Translations under genes and position numbers: made by a program
Notes under the pieces: model-generated
The model's input: only the letters and a program-made list of their open reading frames with translations
Database searches by the model: none
What the model was told of the DNA's origin: nothing
Origin: Burkholderiaceae bacterium
GTDB lineage: Bacteria > Pseudomonadota > Gammaproteobacteria > Burkholderiales > Burkholderiaceae_C
Length of the DNA: 64,000 bases
Assembly (NCBI GenBank): GCA_024710165.1
Contig: JANJVG010000124.1
Location: forward strand, 37,138 to 101,137
Direction: 5' to 3'
Shown: piece by piece, positions 37,108-45,610 of the stretch
How positions within the stretch are numbered: the first letter of the stretch is position 1
Layout of the letters: each line of letters starts with the position of its first letter

Positions 37108-37319
37108 GTAATACATGGCTGGATGTTTTGCGTAAAGCCTGGAGTGTTCGGTTATCTGCTTTGGCTACTGTATTCATGGCAGCAGAGATTGCATTACCAA
37201 TCCTCTCACTGGATATTCCACAGTATGTTTTTGTGCTACTGGCTTTGACAGCTTCTATTGGTTCTATCTGGGCAAGAGTGTTAATCCAGAAGAACATGAG
37301 AGAATCTGTGGATGAGTAA
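37086..37319 (+). CDS. Putative holin
   Basis: W..VLRKAWSVRL, two TMs, ARVLIQ; directly upstream of the endolysin. Confidence 0.7.
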   Translation: MVKKPEVGNTWLDVLRKAWSVRLSALATVFMAAEIALPILSLDIPQYVFVLLALTASIGSIWARVLIQKNMRESVDE

Positions 37320-37947
37320 TAAAAGCAAAGTACCACATCAACTTAAATCAGGCATTGTTGCCTTGTTCATTGCAATGGGTGGCGGCTACGCTGCATATAC
37401 CCATATTGACGGCCCCACTACTGAACTCTTGAGAAACCAATATGTTCAGGCAGTGGCTTCCGATTCAAAAACCAGTGAAGCAGTAAAAATTGCAATGGTG
37501 ATGGGGGCTTTCTATGAAAGCTCCTACAAGCACATTGGTACGCCATATATTGACAAGCTTGGTAAGGGACAGCCCCTGACTGTCTGTAATGGTATTACTG
37601 GCAATGGAGTACAGCGGGGTAAGTACTACACTCCGTATGACTGTTATCGCCTGGAACGTGCTGTGTATATCTCTAATGAGAAACAGTTGGTGTCTGCCTT
37701 ACCAGCATGGGATAGCTACACAGCACTTCAGAAAGCCACCTTTGTAGATTTTCTGCACAATAAAGGTTCAGGTGCTTTTGATGGCTCTACTATGAAACGC
37801 AAGCTATTGGCTGGTGATGTAATAGGTGCTTGCCGTGAGAATGTTCGATGGAACAAGGGCACAGTGAATGGTGCTTCTGTTGTTTTACCAGGACTCAAGA
37901 CAAGAGCAGATGCCAATTCAGAATTATGTGAGGAAGGCTTGAAATGA
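37312..37947 (+). CDS. Endolysin, lysozyme (GH24) with SAR-like N-terminus
   Basis: Gly/Ala-rich N-terminal helix; E..PYID..TVCNGIT; FLHNKG; GL..R. Confidence 0.85.
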   Translation: MSNKSKVPHQLKSGIVALFIAMGGGYAAYTHIDGPTTELLRNQYVQAVASDSKTSEAVKIAMVMGAFYESSYKHIGTPYIDKLGKGQPLTVCNGITGNGVQRGKYYTPYDCYRLERAVYISNEKQLVSALPAWDSYTALQKATFVDFLHNKGSGAFDGSTMKRKLLAGDVIGACRENVRWNKGTVNGASVVLPGLKTRADANSELCEEGLK

Positions 37948-37993
37948 ATCCAATCTGGTTTGTTATGTGGGCTAATTGGTGGAGGTGGTGGGA

Positions 37994-38446
37994 ATGATCT
38001 ACACCCACATCGCTGCCGGTCTGCTGGGTGCTTCCATCGTTGCTGTTGGTGTTTGGCAAGTGCAGGACTGGCGCTATGGTGAGCAGATCGCCAGCATCAA
38101 ACAGGAGCATGCGGACGCCATCGCTTCGTCAGCAAAAGTCGCACTGAAGTTGACAGAACATTACAGGGAGAATGCAGATGCAGCAGTCCGAAAAGCCGAA
38201 GCTCGCTCGGCTCAAAACAAGCGCGATGCTGATCGCCTGCGTGGTGAGCTTGATGGGCTGCGGGGCGACCTCTCCGAAGTGCCCGACAGAATCCGCAGTG
38301 CTACCCGTGAGGCCGTCGATCAGTACGCCACTGCCGCCACAGTCGTATTCGATCAGTGCGTCCGAAGATATAGCGCGCTGGCGGAAATCGCTGACGGCCA
38401 CGCCCTTGATGTCGAAGCCTTGAGGGGGGCGTGGCCCAATAGGTAA
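37994..38446 (+). CDS. Rz-like inner-membrane spanin
   Basis: N-terminal TM, WQVQDWRY, coiled coil; follows the endolysin. Confidence 0.8.
   Translation: MIYTHIAAGLLGASIVAVGVWQVQDWRYGEQIASIKQEHADAIASSAKVALKLTEHYRENADAAVRKAEARSAQNKRDADRLRGELDGLRGDLSEVPDRIRSATREAVDQYATAATVVFDQCVRRYSALAEIADGHALDVEALRGAWPNR
38226..38423 (+). CDS. Rz1-like outer-membrane lipoprotein spanin, embedded in Rz
   Basis: MLIACVVSLMGC lipobox, Pro-rich mature part, +1 frame inside Rz. Confidence 0.75.
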   Translation: MLIACVVSLMGCGATSPKCPTESAVLPVRPSISTPLPPQSYSISASEDIARWRKSLTATPLMSKP

Positions 38447-38463
38447 AGCGCCCGTAAGGGTTG

Positions 38464-38583
38464 ATGGTGGCCGGAGGTGATCCCGGCTTGTTTGAGTCGT
38501 CTGACAAATGTTGCGGACTCTCACCGCATTACTTCTTCATCAGCTCTTTTCTCTGCCCATCACCACTGGGCATTCACCACCAT
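38464..38583 (-). ncRNA. C4-antisense-like RNA
   Basis: Minus strand ATGGTGGTGAATGCCCAGTGGTGATGGGC..AAGCCGGGATCACCTCCGGCCACCAT: closing stem, two hairpins with complementary loops GGTGAT/ATCACC; resembles the C4 family as recalled, not searched. Confidence 0.7.
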
Positions 38584-38662
38584 TTAGCTGACCTGTTTTG
38601 CAGTCGCGCCGCCTTGTCCGTATTCTTTCAACGGTGAGCGGATAGCTGTCAAGTCAGCTAAA

Positions 38663-38824
38663 TGGTGGTCCCAGTCTTTCCTGGGTGTCATGTCATTTTG
38701 CTCACCAGAGTTATCCACATTTCTGTGGACGTAATCATTGGGAATCGAACCCAACTCCCTTCCTACCAAGCCTCGACAAACGAGCAGGAATCGAACCTAC
38801 ACTTTCTTTGATGACATTCACCAT
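38663..38824 (-). ncRNA. Second C4-like/tRNA-like structured RNA with two T-loop hairpins
   Basis: TGGTGAATGTCAT..ATGACAT..CCCAG-GAAAGA-CTGGG-ACCACCA; two GGTTCGATTCC hairpins. Confidence 0.55.
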
Positions 38825-38911
38825 CACAACTGCAGACTGGTGAGGACTTACCAGTGAGCGCGCAAGGTGCACAAGCACCGGCAACGCTTTGTGCCAGTCA
38901 GACTGCAGATG

Positions 38912-39094
38912 TGGTGGTCCTCGTCTTTCCGAGGCGTCACCAATTCCTACTTCAACAGTTTTTGGCTGTCGTAGCACCCTTGGTTGGGGTGGGAAGTGTC
39001 TGCCCCTTGGCTTCCCCCGTGAGGGGACACGGTTACAAGGGATCACTCAGGGATTGTCCTGAAGCCAATCAGACACCTACTTTCATTTGTTCGC
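38912..39094 (-). ncRNA. 5' structured RNA unit of the array
   Basis: Nested stems GGTGTCTG/CAGACACT and TTGGCTTC/GAAGCCAA; ends in CCTCG-GAAAGA-CGAGG-ACCACCA. Confidence 0.45.
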
Positions 39095-39116
39095 AGAAAC
39101 GCCGAAGGCGTCTGTG
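39090..39116 (-). promoter_or_regulatory. Candidate vRNAP hairpin promoter 3 (+1 about 39094)
   Basis: TTCGC-AGAA-ACGCC-GAA-GGCGT-CTGTG upstream of the ncRNA array. Confidence 0.6.
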
Positions 39117-39254
39117 GTTTGATGTGCTCTGCTGTAGATACACTACAATCCAACTCCCAGTTGGTTCTGATTGTGACATGGATTGTCATCAGTGGTACCC
39201 CCCTAGCCAAGTGGGCACAGAGAAGCAATTTAGTAGCAACTTTTTTGGATGCCC

Positions 39255-39267
39255 TAAGTTGTTGATT
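39255..39267 (-). promoter_or_regulatory. IHF binding site in the att arm
   Basis: AATCAACAACTTA matches WATCAANNNNTTR, about 27 nt from the att core. Confidence 0.7.
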
Positions 39268-39293
39268 TGTAAGGTATTTTTCAGGCGTAATCC

Positions 39294-39339
39294 GATTGCA
39301 AATCCGGTTAGTCCGGTTCGACTCCGGACCGCGCCTCCA
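39294..39339 (+). repeat. attR: displaced 3' half of tRNA-Cys(GCA)
   Basis: GATTGCAAATCCGGTTAGTCCGGTTCGACTCCGGACCGCGCCTCCA has the anticodon loop, T-arm and CCA; no D-arm or 5' acceptor strand upstream. Confidence 0.9.
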
Positions 39340-39480
39340 GAAACTCCATCCGGTACATTGGTTTTCAAGAAGCCATGCATCGAGAAATGGTGGTTTTTGG
39401 AAAAGTGCGAAAAAATGCACTATAATTTGAGGCTTGCCAGCCAGCACTGATAAAAATTTTAGCGGTGTGAACAGGTCGAT

Positions 39481-39556
39481 GCGGGAATAGCTCAGTTGGT
39501 AGAGCGCAACCTTGCCAAGGTTGAGGTCGAGAGTTCGAGACTCTTTTCCCGCTCCA
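39481..39556 (+). tRNA. tRNA-Gly(GCC)
   Basis: GCGGGAATAGCTCAGTTGGTAGAGC..TTGCCAA..TTCGAGA..TCCCGCTCCA; TATAAT at 39421. Confidence 0.97.
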
Positions 39557-39562
39557 GTTTTG

Positions 39563-39588
39563 AAAGGGAAGCTTAGGCTTCCCTTTTC
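39563..39588 (+). terminator. Terminator after tRNA-Gly
   Basis: AAAGGGAAGC-TTAG-GCTTCCCTTTT. Confidence 0.8.
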
Positions 39589-39689
39589 CATTTCTGCGGT
39601 TCAAGGGGAAATCGCAGCATGCGCAATGGCTTGCGCATGCGCGTGGCCGGGGGTACGCTGCGATCAAGTGCAGGGACCGTGCGGCCGCA

Positions 39690-39781
39690 GCCCCGATGGT
39701 GAAATTGGTAGACACTGCGGACTTAAAATCCGCCGCTTCCTGCAAAGGGGCGTGCCGGTTCGACCCCGGCTCGGGGCACCA
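39690..39781 (+). tRNA. tRNA-Leu(TAA)
   Basis: GCCCCGATGGTGAAATTGGTAGACAC..CTTAAAA..long variable arm..GGTTCGACCCC..GGGGCACCA. Confidence 0.95.
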
Positions 39782-39797
39782 CCATTACGATTCAATC

Positions 39798-40430
39798 ATG
39801 TCAAACTACAACGCTCCCTTCGAAATCCATGTCCATGGCCAGGTGCTGTTGCGGGCCGATGCCGGATATGACCAGTTGCAGGAAGCACTCAAGCCCCTCT
39901 GGAAGTACGCTGGCGCCCGTTCGCTGGCCGATGGCGCAGCCAGCGCCTACGAGGAAGAGCCGGGCATCCAGTTCGATGCCAAGGGCCACATGTTGCAGAT
40001 GTGCTGGACGGTGCGGGGCGACGAGGATTTCCGCCAGTCGCTCGACGAGATGTGCATGAGCCTGAACGACCTGGCCGAGCAGGGCGCGGCCATCGAGGTC
40101 ACCTTCTACGACGTGGAGTTCGACGAGGACGAGGCCGACGAAAGTGCGGAGTCGCGCGACGACTTCGTCATGCTGTTTGTCGGACCGACACCGGCCGCCA
40201 TCATGCAGGTGCAGCGCGACCTGCTGGTGCAGGACGTGGTGAACATGATGGAGCGCCATTTCGACGGCTCCGAACTCGGCGGCGTGGTGGCCGAGATCGA
40301 CAAGCTGTTCAGCCAGCGGTTTGATGCCCTGGTGAACTCGCTGGAGATCGGCAAGCCCCCGCGGGGCCCGGGTGGGTCTGGCAGCGGTGGCCATGGCAGC
40401 GGCGGCCGCCGCCCACGGCATCTCCACTGA
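39798..40430 (+). CDS. Conserved acidic hypothetical protein (DUF6806-like)
   Basis: MSNYNAPFEIHVHG start; host codon usage. Confidence 0.75.
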   Translation: MSNYNAPFEIHVHGQVLLRADAGYDQLQEALKPLWKYAGARSLADGAASAYEEEPGIQFDAKGHMLQMCWTVRGDEDFRQSLDEMCMSLNDLAEQGAAIEVTFYDVEFDEDEADESAESRDDFVMLFVGPTPAAIMQVQRDLLVQDVVNMMERHFDGSELGGVVAEIDKLFSQRFDALVNSLEIGKPPRGPGGSGSGGHGSGGRRPRHLH

Positions 40431-40475
40431 GGCGCTTCTCACGGCCCGGCGCCCGTCGCTGTGCCCGGTGATACC

Positions 40476-41006
40476 ATGCCCGCCGAACTGACCTACCTGG
40501 GTGCGTACCCGGCCACCTTGCAGGAGCAGGTGCTTGGCTTGTTGCGTGAAGACCGCCGCGCGCTTGCGCCGTTGTTGCAGCGCAGATACCCGCAAGCCCA
40601 TGGCGTGCGCACCGACAAGGCGCTCTACCACTACGCCCAGGAGATCAAGAGCCGCCACCTGCGCAATGCGGATGCGGTGAACAAGGTCGTGTTCGACAGC
40701 AAGATCCATGTGGTGCGCCATGCACTGGGCCTGCACACATCCATCTCGCGCGTGCAGGGCAACCGGCTGACTGCCAAGCACGAGATCCGTGTCGCCGCGA
40801 TGTTCAAGCAGGTGCCTGACGAGTTCCTGCGCATGATCGTCGTGCACGAGCTGGCCCACCTGCGGGAGAAGCAGCACAACAAGGCCTTCTACCAGCTGTG
40901 CGAGCACATGGAGCCGCGCTACCACCAGCTGGAACTCGATGTGCGGCTGTACCTCACCCATGTGGAGCTCGGCGGGGAGCGGCTGTGGGCCGCTGATTCG
41001 GCGTAG
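40476..41006 (+). CDS. YgjP/M48-like metal-dependent hydrolase
   Basis: VVHELAHL..HNKAFYQLC..MEP. Confidence 0.85.
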   Translation: MPAELTYLGAYPATLQEQVLGLLREDRRALAPLLQRRYPQAHGVRTDKALYHYAQEIKSRHLRNADAVNKVVFDSKIHVVRHALGLHTSISRVQGNRLTAKHEIRVAAMFKQVPDEFLRMIVVHELAHLREKQHNKAFYQLCEHMEPRYHQLELDVRLYLTHVELGGERLWAADSA

Positions 41007-41064
41007 TTTGCTCTGCTGTTGATAGCTGTTGACGCTTGTCAGCAAAGCGCTGGCGCTATTTTTA
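41007..41064. repeat. Short intergenic palindromic repeat (REP-like), copy 1
   Basis: TGCT..ATAGCT..ACGCTT..AAGCGCT..TTTT pattern shared with 45553 and 60988. Confidence 0.55.
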
Positions 41065-41940
41065 CCTGACAGGATCAGCGCTCCAACCCACCGGCAGATC
41101 CACCGTGGCGCAGCACTCTGCAGGGAGCTGCAGCCAGCGCGTGGCGGCGTTTTGCAGGGGCTCCAGAGCGCCCGTGGTGAGCAGGGTGATGGCCGGGGCC
41201 GGTGTGCCGTTTTCGGGCACCAGCGTGCCCGTCGCCTGCAGCAGGCGCCGTGTTTGCCGTGCCACAGGTTCGCCGGTATCCATCAAGCGGATGTGGGGGC
41301 CGAGCAGGCTGCGCAATTCGTCTTGCACAAACACGTAGTGCGTGCAGCCCAGCACCAGCGTGTCCATCTCGCCTGCCTGAGTGCCAAATCGGCCCATGGC
41401 GCTCGTGTAGCGTGCGCAGAGTGCTCTTGTTTCCGTAGCGTCTGAGGCGGCGGGAACGGCCTGCGCGGTGCTGCGTTCGATGGCATGTGCCAGACCGTCG
41501 CAGGGCTGCACGACGAAATGCGCCTGCCCGTCGAGCGAGGCCAGCAGCTTGGCGAACTTGGCGCTGGTCAGCGTGCCGCGCGTGCCGATGACGCCGATGT
41601 GCCCGGTCTTGCTGGCGGCCACGGCGGGCTTGAGGGCAGGCTCGACGCCCACCAAAGGCAGTCTCGGGTGGCGCGCACGGGCTTCATGGATGGCTGCGGC
41701 AGTGGCCGTGTTGCAGGCCACCACCAGCGCCTTGATGTGGTGCTGCCGGCACAGGTAGTCGGTGATGGCGTGGGTGCGTGCCTGCACGAAGGCGTCGCCC
41801 CGTTCGCCATAGGGCGCATTGCCGCTGTCGGCCAGGTAGACGAAGCGCTCGTGCGGCAACTCGGCGCGCAGCGCCTGCAGCACGCTCAGGCCCCCGACAC
41901 CGCTGTCGAAGACGCCGATGGGCTGCTGCGCTGCTGTCAT
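41062..41940 (-). CDS. murI: Glutamate racemase
   Basis: FDSGVGGLSV, PYG, VACNTAT, LGCTHY. Confidence 0.96.
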   Translation of the reverse strand: MTAAQQPIGVFDSGVGGLSVLQALRAELPHERFVYLADSGNAPYGERGDAFVQARTHAITDYLCRQHHIKALVVACNTATAAAIHEARARHPRLPLVGVEPALKPAVAASKTGHIGVIGTRGTLTSAKFAKLLASLDGQAHFVVQPCDGLAHAIERSTAQAVPAASDATETRALCARYTSAMGRFGTQAGEMDTLVLGCTHYVFVQDELRSLLGPHIRLMDTGEPVARQTRRLLQATGTLVPENGTPAPAITLLTTGALEPLQNAATRWLQLPAECCATVDLPVGWSADPVR

Positions 41941-41997
41941 TGACTGGCGATCAAGGCTGCGCCCGCCCGGAAGTGGGCAGGCGCGCCGGACGGGTGC

Positions 41998-43548
41998 TCA
42001 GGCCGCGGCGACGCCGATGCCCTTGAATTCGCCCGTGGCGATGCGTTTTTGCCACTCGGCCGGGCCGGTGATGTGGGCGCTGGTGCCACCGGCATCGACG
42101 GCCACGGTCACGGGCATGTCCACCACGTCAAATTCGTAGATGGCTTCCATCCCCAGGTCGGCAAAGCCCACCACCTGGGCAGTCTTGATGGCCTTGGAGA
42201 CCAGGTAGGCGGCGCCGCCCACGGCCATCAGGTAGGCCGACTGGTGCTTCTTGATGGACTCGATGGCGACCGGGCCGCGCTCGGCCTTGCCGATCATGGC
42301 GATCAGCCCGGTCTGGGCGAGCATCATTTCGGTGAAACCGTCCATGCGCGTGGCGGTGGTCGGACCGGCGGGGCCCACGGCCTCGTCCTTGACCGGATCA
42401 ACCGGACCGACGTAGTAGATCACGCGGTTGGTGAAGTCCACCGGCAGCTTCTCGCCCTTGGCCAGCATGTCCTGGATGCGCTTGTGCGCGGCGTCACGGC
42501 CGGTGAGCATCTTGCCGTTGAGCAGCAGGGTGTCGCCGGGCTTCCAGCTCGCCACTTCGGCGGGCGTGAGGGTGTCGAGGTTGACGCGCTTGCTCTTCTG
42601 CGTGTCGGGCATCCAGTCCACCTGGGGCCACAGATCCAGGCTCGGCGGGTCCATGTAGACCGGGCCGCTGCCATCCATTACGAAGTGGGCATGGCGCGTG
42701 GCGGCGCAGTTGGGGATCATGGCCACTGGCTTGCTGGCCGCGTGCGTGGGGTACATCTTGATCTTGATGTCGAGCACCGTGGTCAGGCCGCCCAGGCCCT
42801 GCGCGCCGATGCCCAGGGCGTTGACCTTGTCGAACAGCTCCAGGCGCAGTTCTTCCGTCTGCGTGAGCTTCTCGCCCTTGGCGGCCTTGGCCTGCAGCTC
42901 GTACATGTCGATGTCGTCCATCAGGCTTTCCTTGGCCATGAGGACGGCCTTCTCGGCCGTGCCGCCGATGCCGATGCCCAGCATGCCGGGCGGGCACCAG
43001 CCGGCGCCCATGGTGGGCACGGTCTTGAGCACCCAGTCCACCACGCTGTCGCTGGGGTTGAGCATGACCATCTTGCTCTTGTTCTCGGAGCCGCCGCCCT
43101 TGGCGGCCACGGTCACGTCGACCTGGTTGCCGGGCACGATCTCGGTGAAGATCACTGCGGGCGTGTTGTCCTTGGTGTTCTTGCGGGCGAACAGCGGGTC
43201 GGCCACCACGCTGGCGCGCAGGGTGTTGTCGGGGTGGTTGTAGCCCCGGCGCACGCCTTCGTTGATGGCGTCGTCCAGGCTGCCGGTGAAGCCTTCCCAG
43301 CGCACGTCCATGCCGATTTTCAGGAAGACGTTGACGATGCCGGTGTCCTGGCAGATGGGGCGGTGGCCCGTGGCGCTCATCTTGCTGTTGGTCAGGATCT
43401 GCGCGATGGCGTCCTTGGCGGCAGGGCTTTGCTCGCGTTCGTAGGCGCGGGCCAGGTGGGCAATGTAGTCGGCCGGATGGTAGTAGCTGATGTACTGCAG
43501 CGCGGCGGCAACGGACTCGATCAGGTCTTCTTGGCGGATGGTCGTCAT
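41998..43548 (-). CDS. Fumarate hydratase class I
   Basis: [36 protein letters not shown]. Confidence 0.95.
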   Translation of the reverse strand: MTTIRQEDLIESVAAALQYISYYHPADYIAHLARAYEREQSPAAKDAIAQILTNSKMSATGHRPICQDTGIVNVFLKIGMDVRWEGFTGSLDDAINEGVRRGYNHPDNTLRASVVADPLFARKNTKDNTPAVIFTEIVPGNQVDVTVAAKGGGSENKSKMVMLNPSDSVVDWVLKTVPTMGAGWCPPGMLGIGIGGTAEKAVLMAKESLMDDIDMYELQAKAAKGEKLTQTEELRLELFDKVNALGIGAQGLGGLTTVLDIKIKMYPTHAASKPVAMIPNCAATRHAHFVMDGSGPVYMDPPSLDLWPQVDWMPDTQKSKRVNLDTLTPAEVASWKPGDTLLLNGKMLTGRDAAHKRIQDMLAKGEKLPVDFTNRVIYYVGPVDPVKDEAVGPAGPTTATRMDGFTEMMLAQTGLIAMIGKAERGPVAIESIKKHQSAYLMAVGGAAYLVSKAIKTAQVVGFADLGMEAIYEFDVVDMPVTVAVDAGGTSAHITGPAEWQKRIATGEFKGIGVAAA

Positions 43549-43664
43549 GGCGTGGGGTGAAGAACGGGTTTCGCGAAGCCTGCGATTATCCCTCCTGGGC
43601 TTGCGCGGATCTGTCGGCAGGGTTTCGAGGGTATCCTGCGGTTGTTCCACCGCAAGGAGTTGGT

Positions 43665-45068
43665 ATGGCAGCCTCGAACGCATCATTCGTTGCCACGCGC
43701 ACTGAGCGCGACAGCTTCGGCCCCATCAACGTGCCCGCCGGACGGCTGTGGGGGGCGCAGACCCAGCGCTCGCTGGAGCATTTCGCCATCTCGGGCGAGC
43801 GCATGGCGCCCGAGCTGCTGCGCGCGCTGGCGCAGGTCAAGCGCGCCAGCGCCTACGTCAACCACCGCCTGGGCCTGCTGGAGGCCACAAAGACCACGGC
43901 CATTGTGGCGGCGGCGGATGAGGTGATCCAGGGCGCTTGGGCCGAGGAGTTCCCGCTCGTGGTCTGGCAGACCGGATCGGGCACGCAGACGAACATGAAC
44001 ATGAACGAGGTGCTGGCCAACCGCGCCAGCGAGCTGCTGGGCGGCAGCCGGGGGCAGGATCGCCTGGTGCACCCGAACGACGAGGTGAACCTGAGCCAGT
44101 CGAGCAATGACGTGTTCCCCACGGCGATGCATGTGGCGGCCGTGGATGCACTCATGCACCAGTTGCTGCCCGCCCTGCACGCGCTGCGCGCCACGCTGGC
44201 CGGCAAGGCCGAGGAATTCGCGGACGTGGTGAAGATCGGCCGCACGCACCTGCAGGACGCGACGCCACTCACGCTGGGGCAGGAGATCTCGGGCTGGGTG
44301 GCGCAGCTGCAGCACGCCGAGCAGCATGTGCGCGCCGCGCTGCCGCATCTGTGCGAGCTGGCGCTGGGCGGCACGGCGGTGGGCACGGGGCTCAACGCCC
44401 CTCCGGGCTATGCGCAGGATGTGGCGCAAGAGCTGGCCGACCTGACGGGCCTGCCCTTTGTCACCGCGCCGAACAAGTTCGAGGTCCTGGCCAGTTGCGA
44501 TGCACTGGTGCACGGCCATGGCGCACTCAAGACGCTGGCCGCCAGCCTGATGAAGATCGCCAACGATGTGCGCTGGCTGGCCAGCGGGCCGCGCAGCGGC
44601 CTGGGCGAGATCAGCATTCCCGAGAACGAGCCGGGCTCGTCCATCATGCCGGGCAAGGTCAACCCGACGCAGTGCGAGGCGCTGACCATGCTGTGTTGCC
44701 AGGTGATGGGCAACGATGTGGCCATCAACATCGGCGGCGCGAGCGGCAACTTCGAGCTGAATGTGTTCCGCCCCATGGTGGTGCACAACTTCCTGCAGAG
44801 CGTGCGGCTGCTGGCCGACGGCATGCTCAGCTTCAACGACCATTGCGCGGTGGGCATCGTGCCCAACCGTGCGCGCATCGCCGAACTGCTGGAGCGCTCG
44901 CTGATGCTGGTAACGGCGCTCAACCCGCACATTGGCTACGACAAGGCCGCGCAGATCGCCAAGATGGCCCACCAGCAGGGCCTGAGCCTGCGCGCGGCGG
45001 CCATGGCCAGCGGCCATGTGACGGCCGAGCAGTTCGATGCCTGGGTGGTGCCTGCCCGCATGGTTTGA
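43665..45068 (+). CDS. fumC: Fumarate hydratase class II
   Basis: [35 protein letters not shown]. Confidence 0.97.
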   Translation: MAASNASFVATRTERDSFGPINVPAGRLWGAQTQRSLEHFAISGERMAPELLRALAQVKRASAYVNHRLGLLEATKTTAIVAAADEVIQGAWAEEFPLVVWQTGSGTQTNMNMNEVLANRASELLGGSRGQDRLVHPNDEVNLSQSSNDVFPTAMHVAAVDALMHQLLPALHALRATLAGKAEEFADVVKIGRTHLQDATPLTLGQEISGWVAQLQHAEQHVRAALPHLCELALGGTAVGTGLNAPPGYAQDVAQELADLTGLPFVTAPNKFEVLASCDALVHGHGALKTLAASLMKIANDVRWLASGPRSGLGEISIPENEPGSSIMPGKVNPTQCEALTMLCCQVMGNDVAINIGGASGNFELNVFRPMVVHNFLQSVRLLADGMLSFNDHCAVGIVPNRARIAELLERSLMLVTALNPHIGYDKAAQIAKMAHQQGLSLRAAAMASGHVTAEQFDAWVVPARMV

Positions 45069-45262
45069 GTATGGCTGTGCTTTGCGCCTAGATCGGCCGC
45101 GTTTTCGCGGCCTGCTCGGGCAATGCCGGGTTCATTCACACCTTTTGACCGCAGCAGACGGACCGCCCTGGCGCCATCAGGGGCAATCGGGCGGGGCAGG
45201 GGAGGGCGCTTTATACTGAAGATTCATTATTGATGAATCTTTGTTTTCTACTGCGACCGACC

Positions 45263-45517
45263 ATGAACGCCCACGTCCACACCTCGCCCGACGCCATCTA
45301 CCCCTTCGACGCCCGCGGCGTTGCCAAGCGCTTTCGCCATGCGGCCATCTTCGGCGCGCTCGATTCGCTGCACCCGGGCGAGACGATGCGTTTCGTCAAC
45401 GACCACGATCCGCTGCCCCTGCTGCAGCAGATGCAGATGCGCTATGGCGAGGCCGTGCGCATCGCGTACCAGCAGCGCGAGCCCGGCGCCATCGTCATCG
45501 ACTTCGTGCGCCAGTGA
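45263..45517 (+). CDS. DUF2249-like protein
   Basis: RHAAIF..L.PGE..FVNDHDPLPL. Confidence 0.8.
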   Translation: MNAHVHTSPDAIYPFDARGVAKRFRHAAIFGALDSLHPGETMRFVNDHDPLPLLQQMQMRYGEAVRIAYQQREPGAIVIDFVRQ

Positions 45518-45552
45518 ACAGGGTGTCAGCGCATCCCGCCGGCGTGTTGAAA

Positions 45553-45610
45553 TGCTATATAAATAATAGCTATCGACGCTTTCTAGATAAGCGCTAGAGG
45601 CACTTTTTTC
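45553..45610. repeat. REP-like palindromic repeat, copy 2
   Basis: TGCTATATAAATAATAGCT..ACGCTT..AAGCGCTAGAGGC..TTTT. Confidence 0.6.

Larger units (their letters stand above)
1..39339. mobile_element. N4-like (Schitoviridae-type) prophage, right part; left end outside window
   Basis: Giant vRNAP plus N4-type gene order (gp53-52-51-50 convergent with gp46-45-44-43-42). Composition is visibly less GC-rich than the flanking host DNA. Ends at a tRNA-Cys 3'-half duplication followed by host tRNA and housekeeping genes. Confidence 0.9.

Noticed and set aside
38536-38544. CTGATGA on the minus strand suggesting a hammerhead ribozyme
   Set aside because: No stem II followed by GAAA; the segment instead pairs with TTGTCAG within the C4-like unit.
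38711-38719. Perfect DnaA box TTATCCACA
   Set aside because: Single copy forming one arm of a hairpin in the ncRNA region; no box cluster or AT-rich unwinding element.
39270-39339. Complete tRNA-Cys gene
   Set aside because: 5' acceptor strand and D-arm are absent and the anticodon stem pairs only partly; it is an att remnant.
38584-39871. ORFs of 61-198 aa across the ncRNA/att/tRNA region, including a possible integrase
   Set aside because: They overlap tRNAs and structured RNA, lack RBSs and show no tyrosine- or serine-recombinase motifs.
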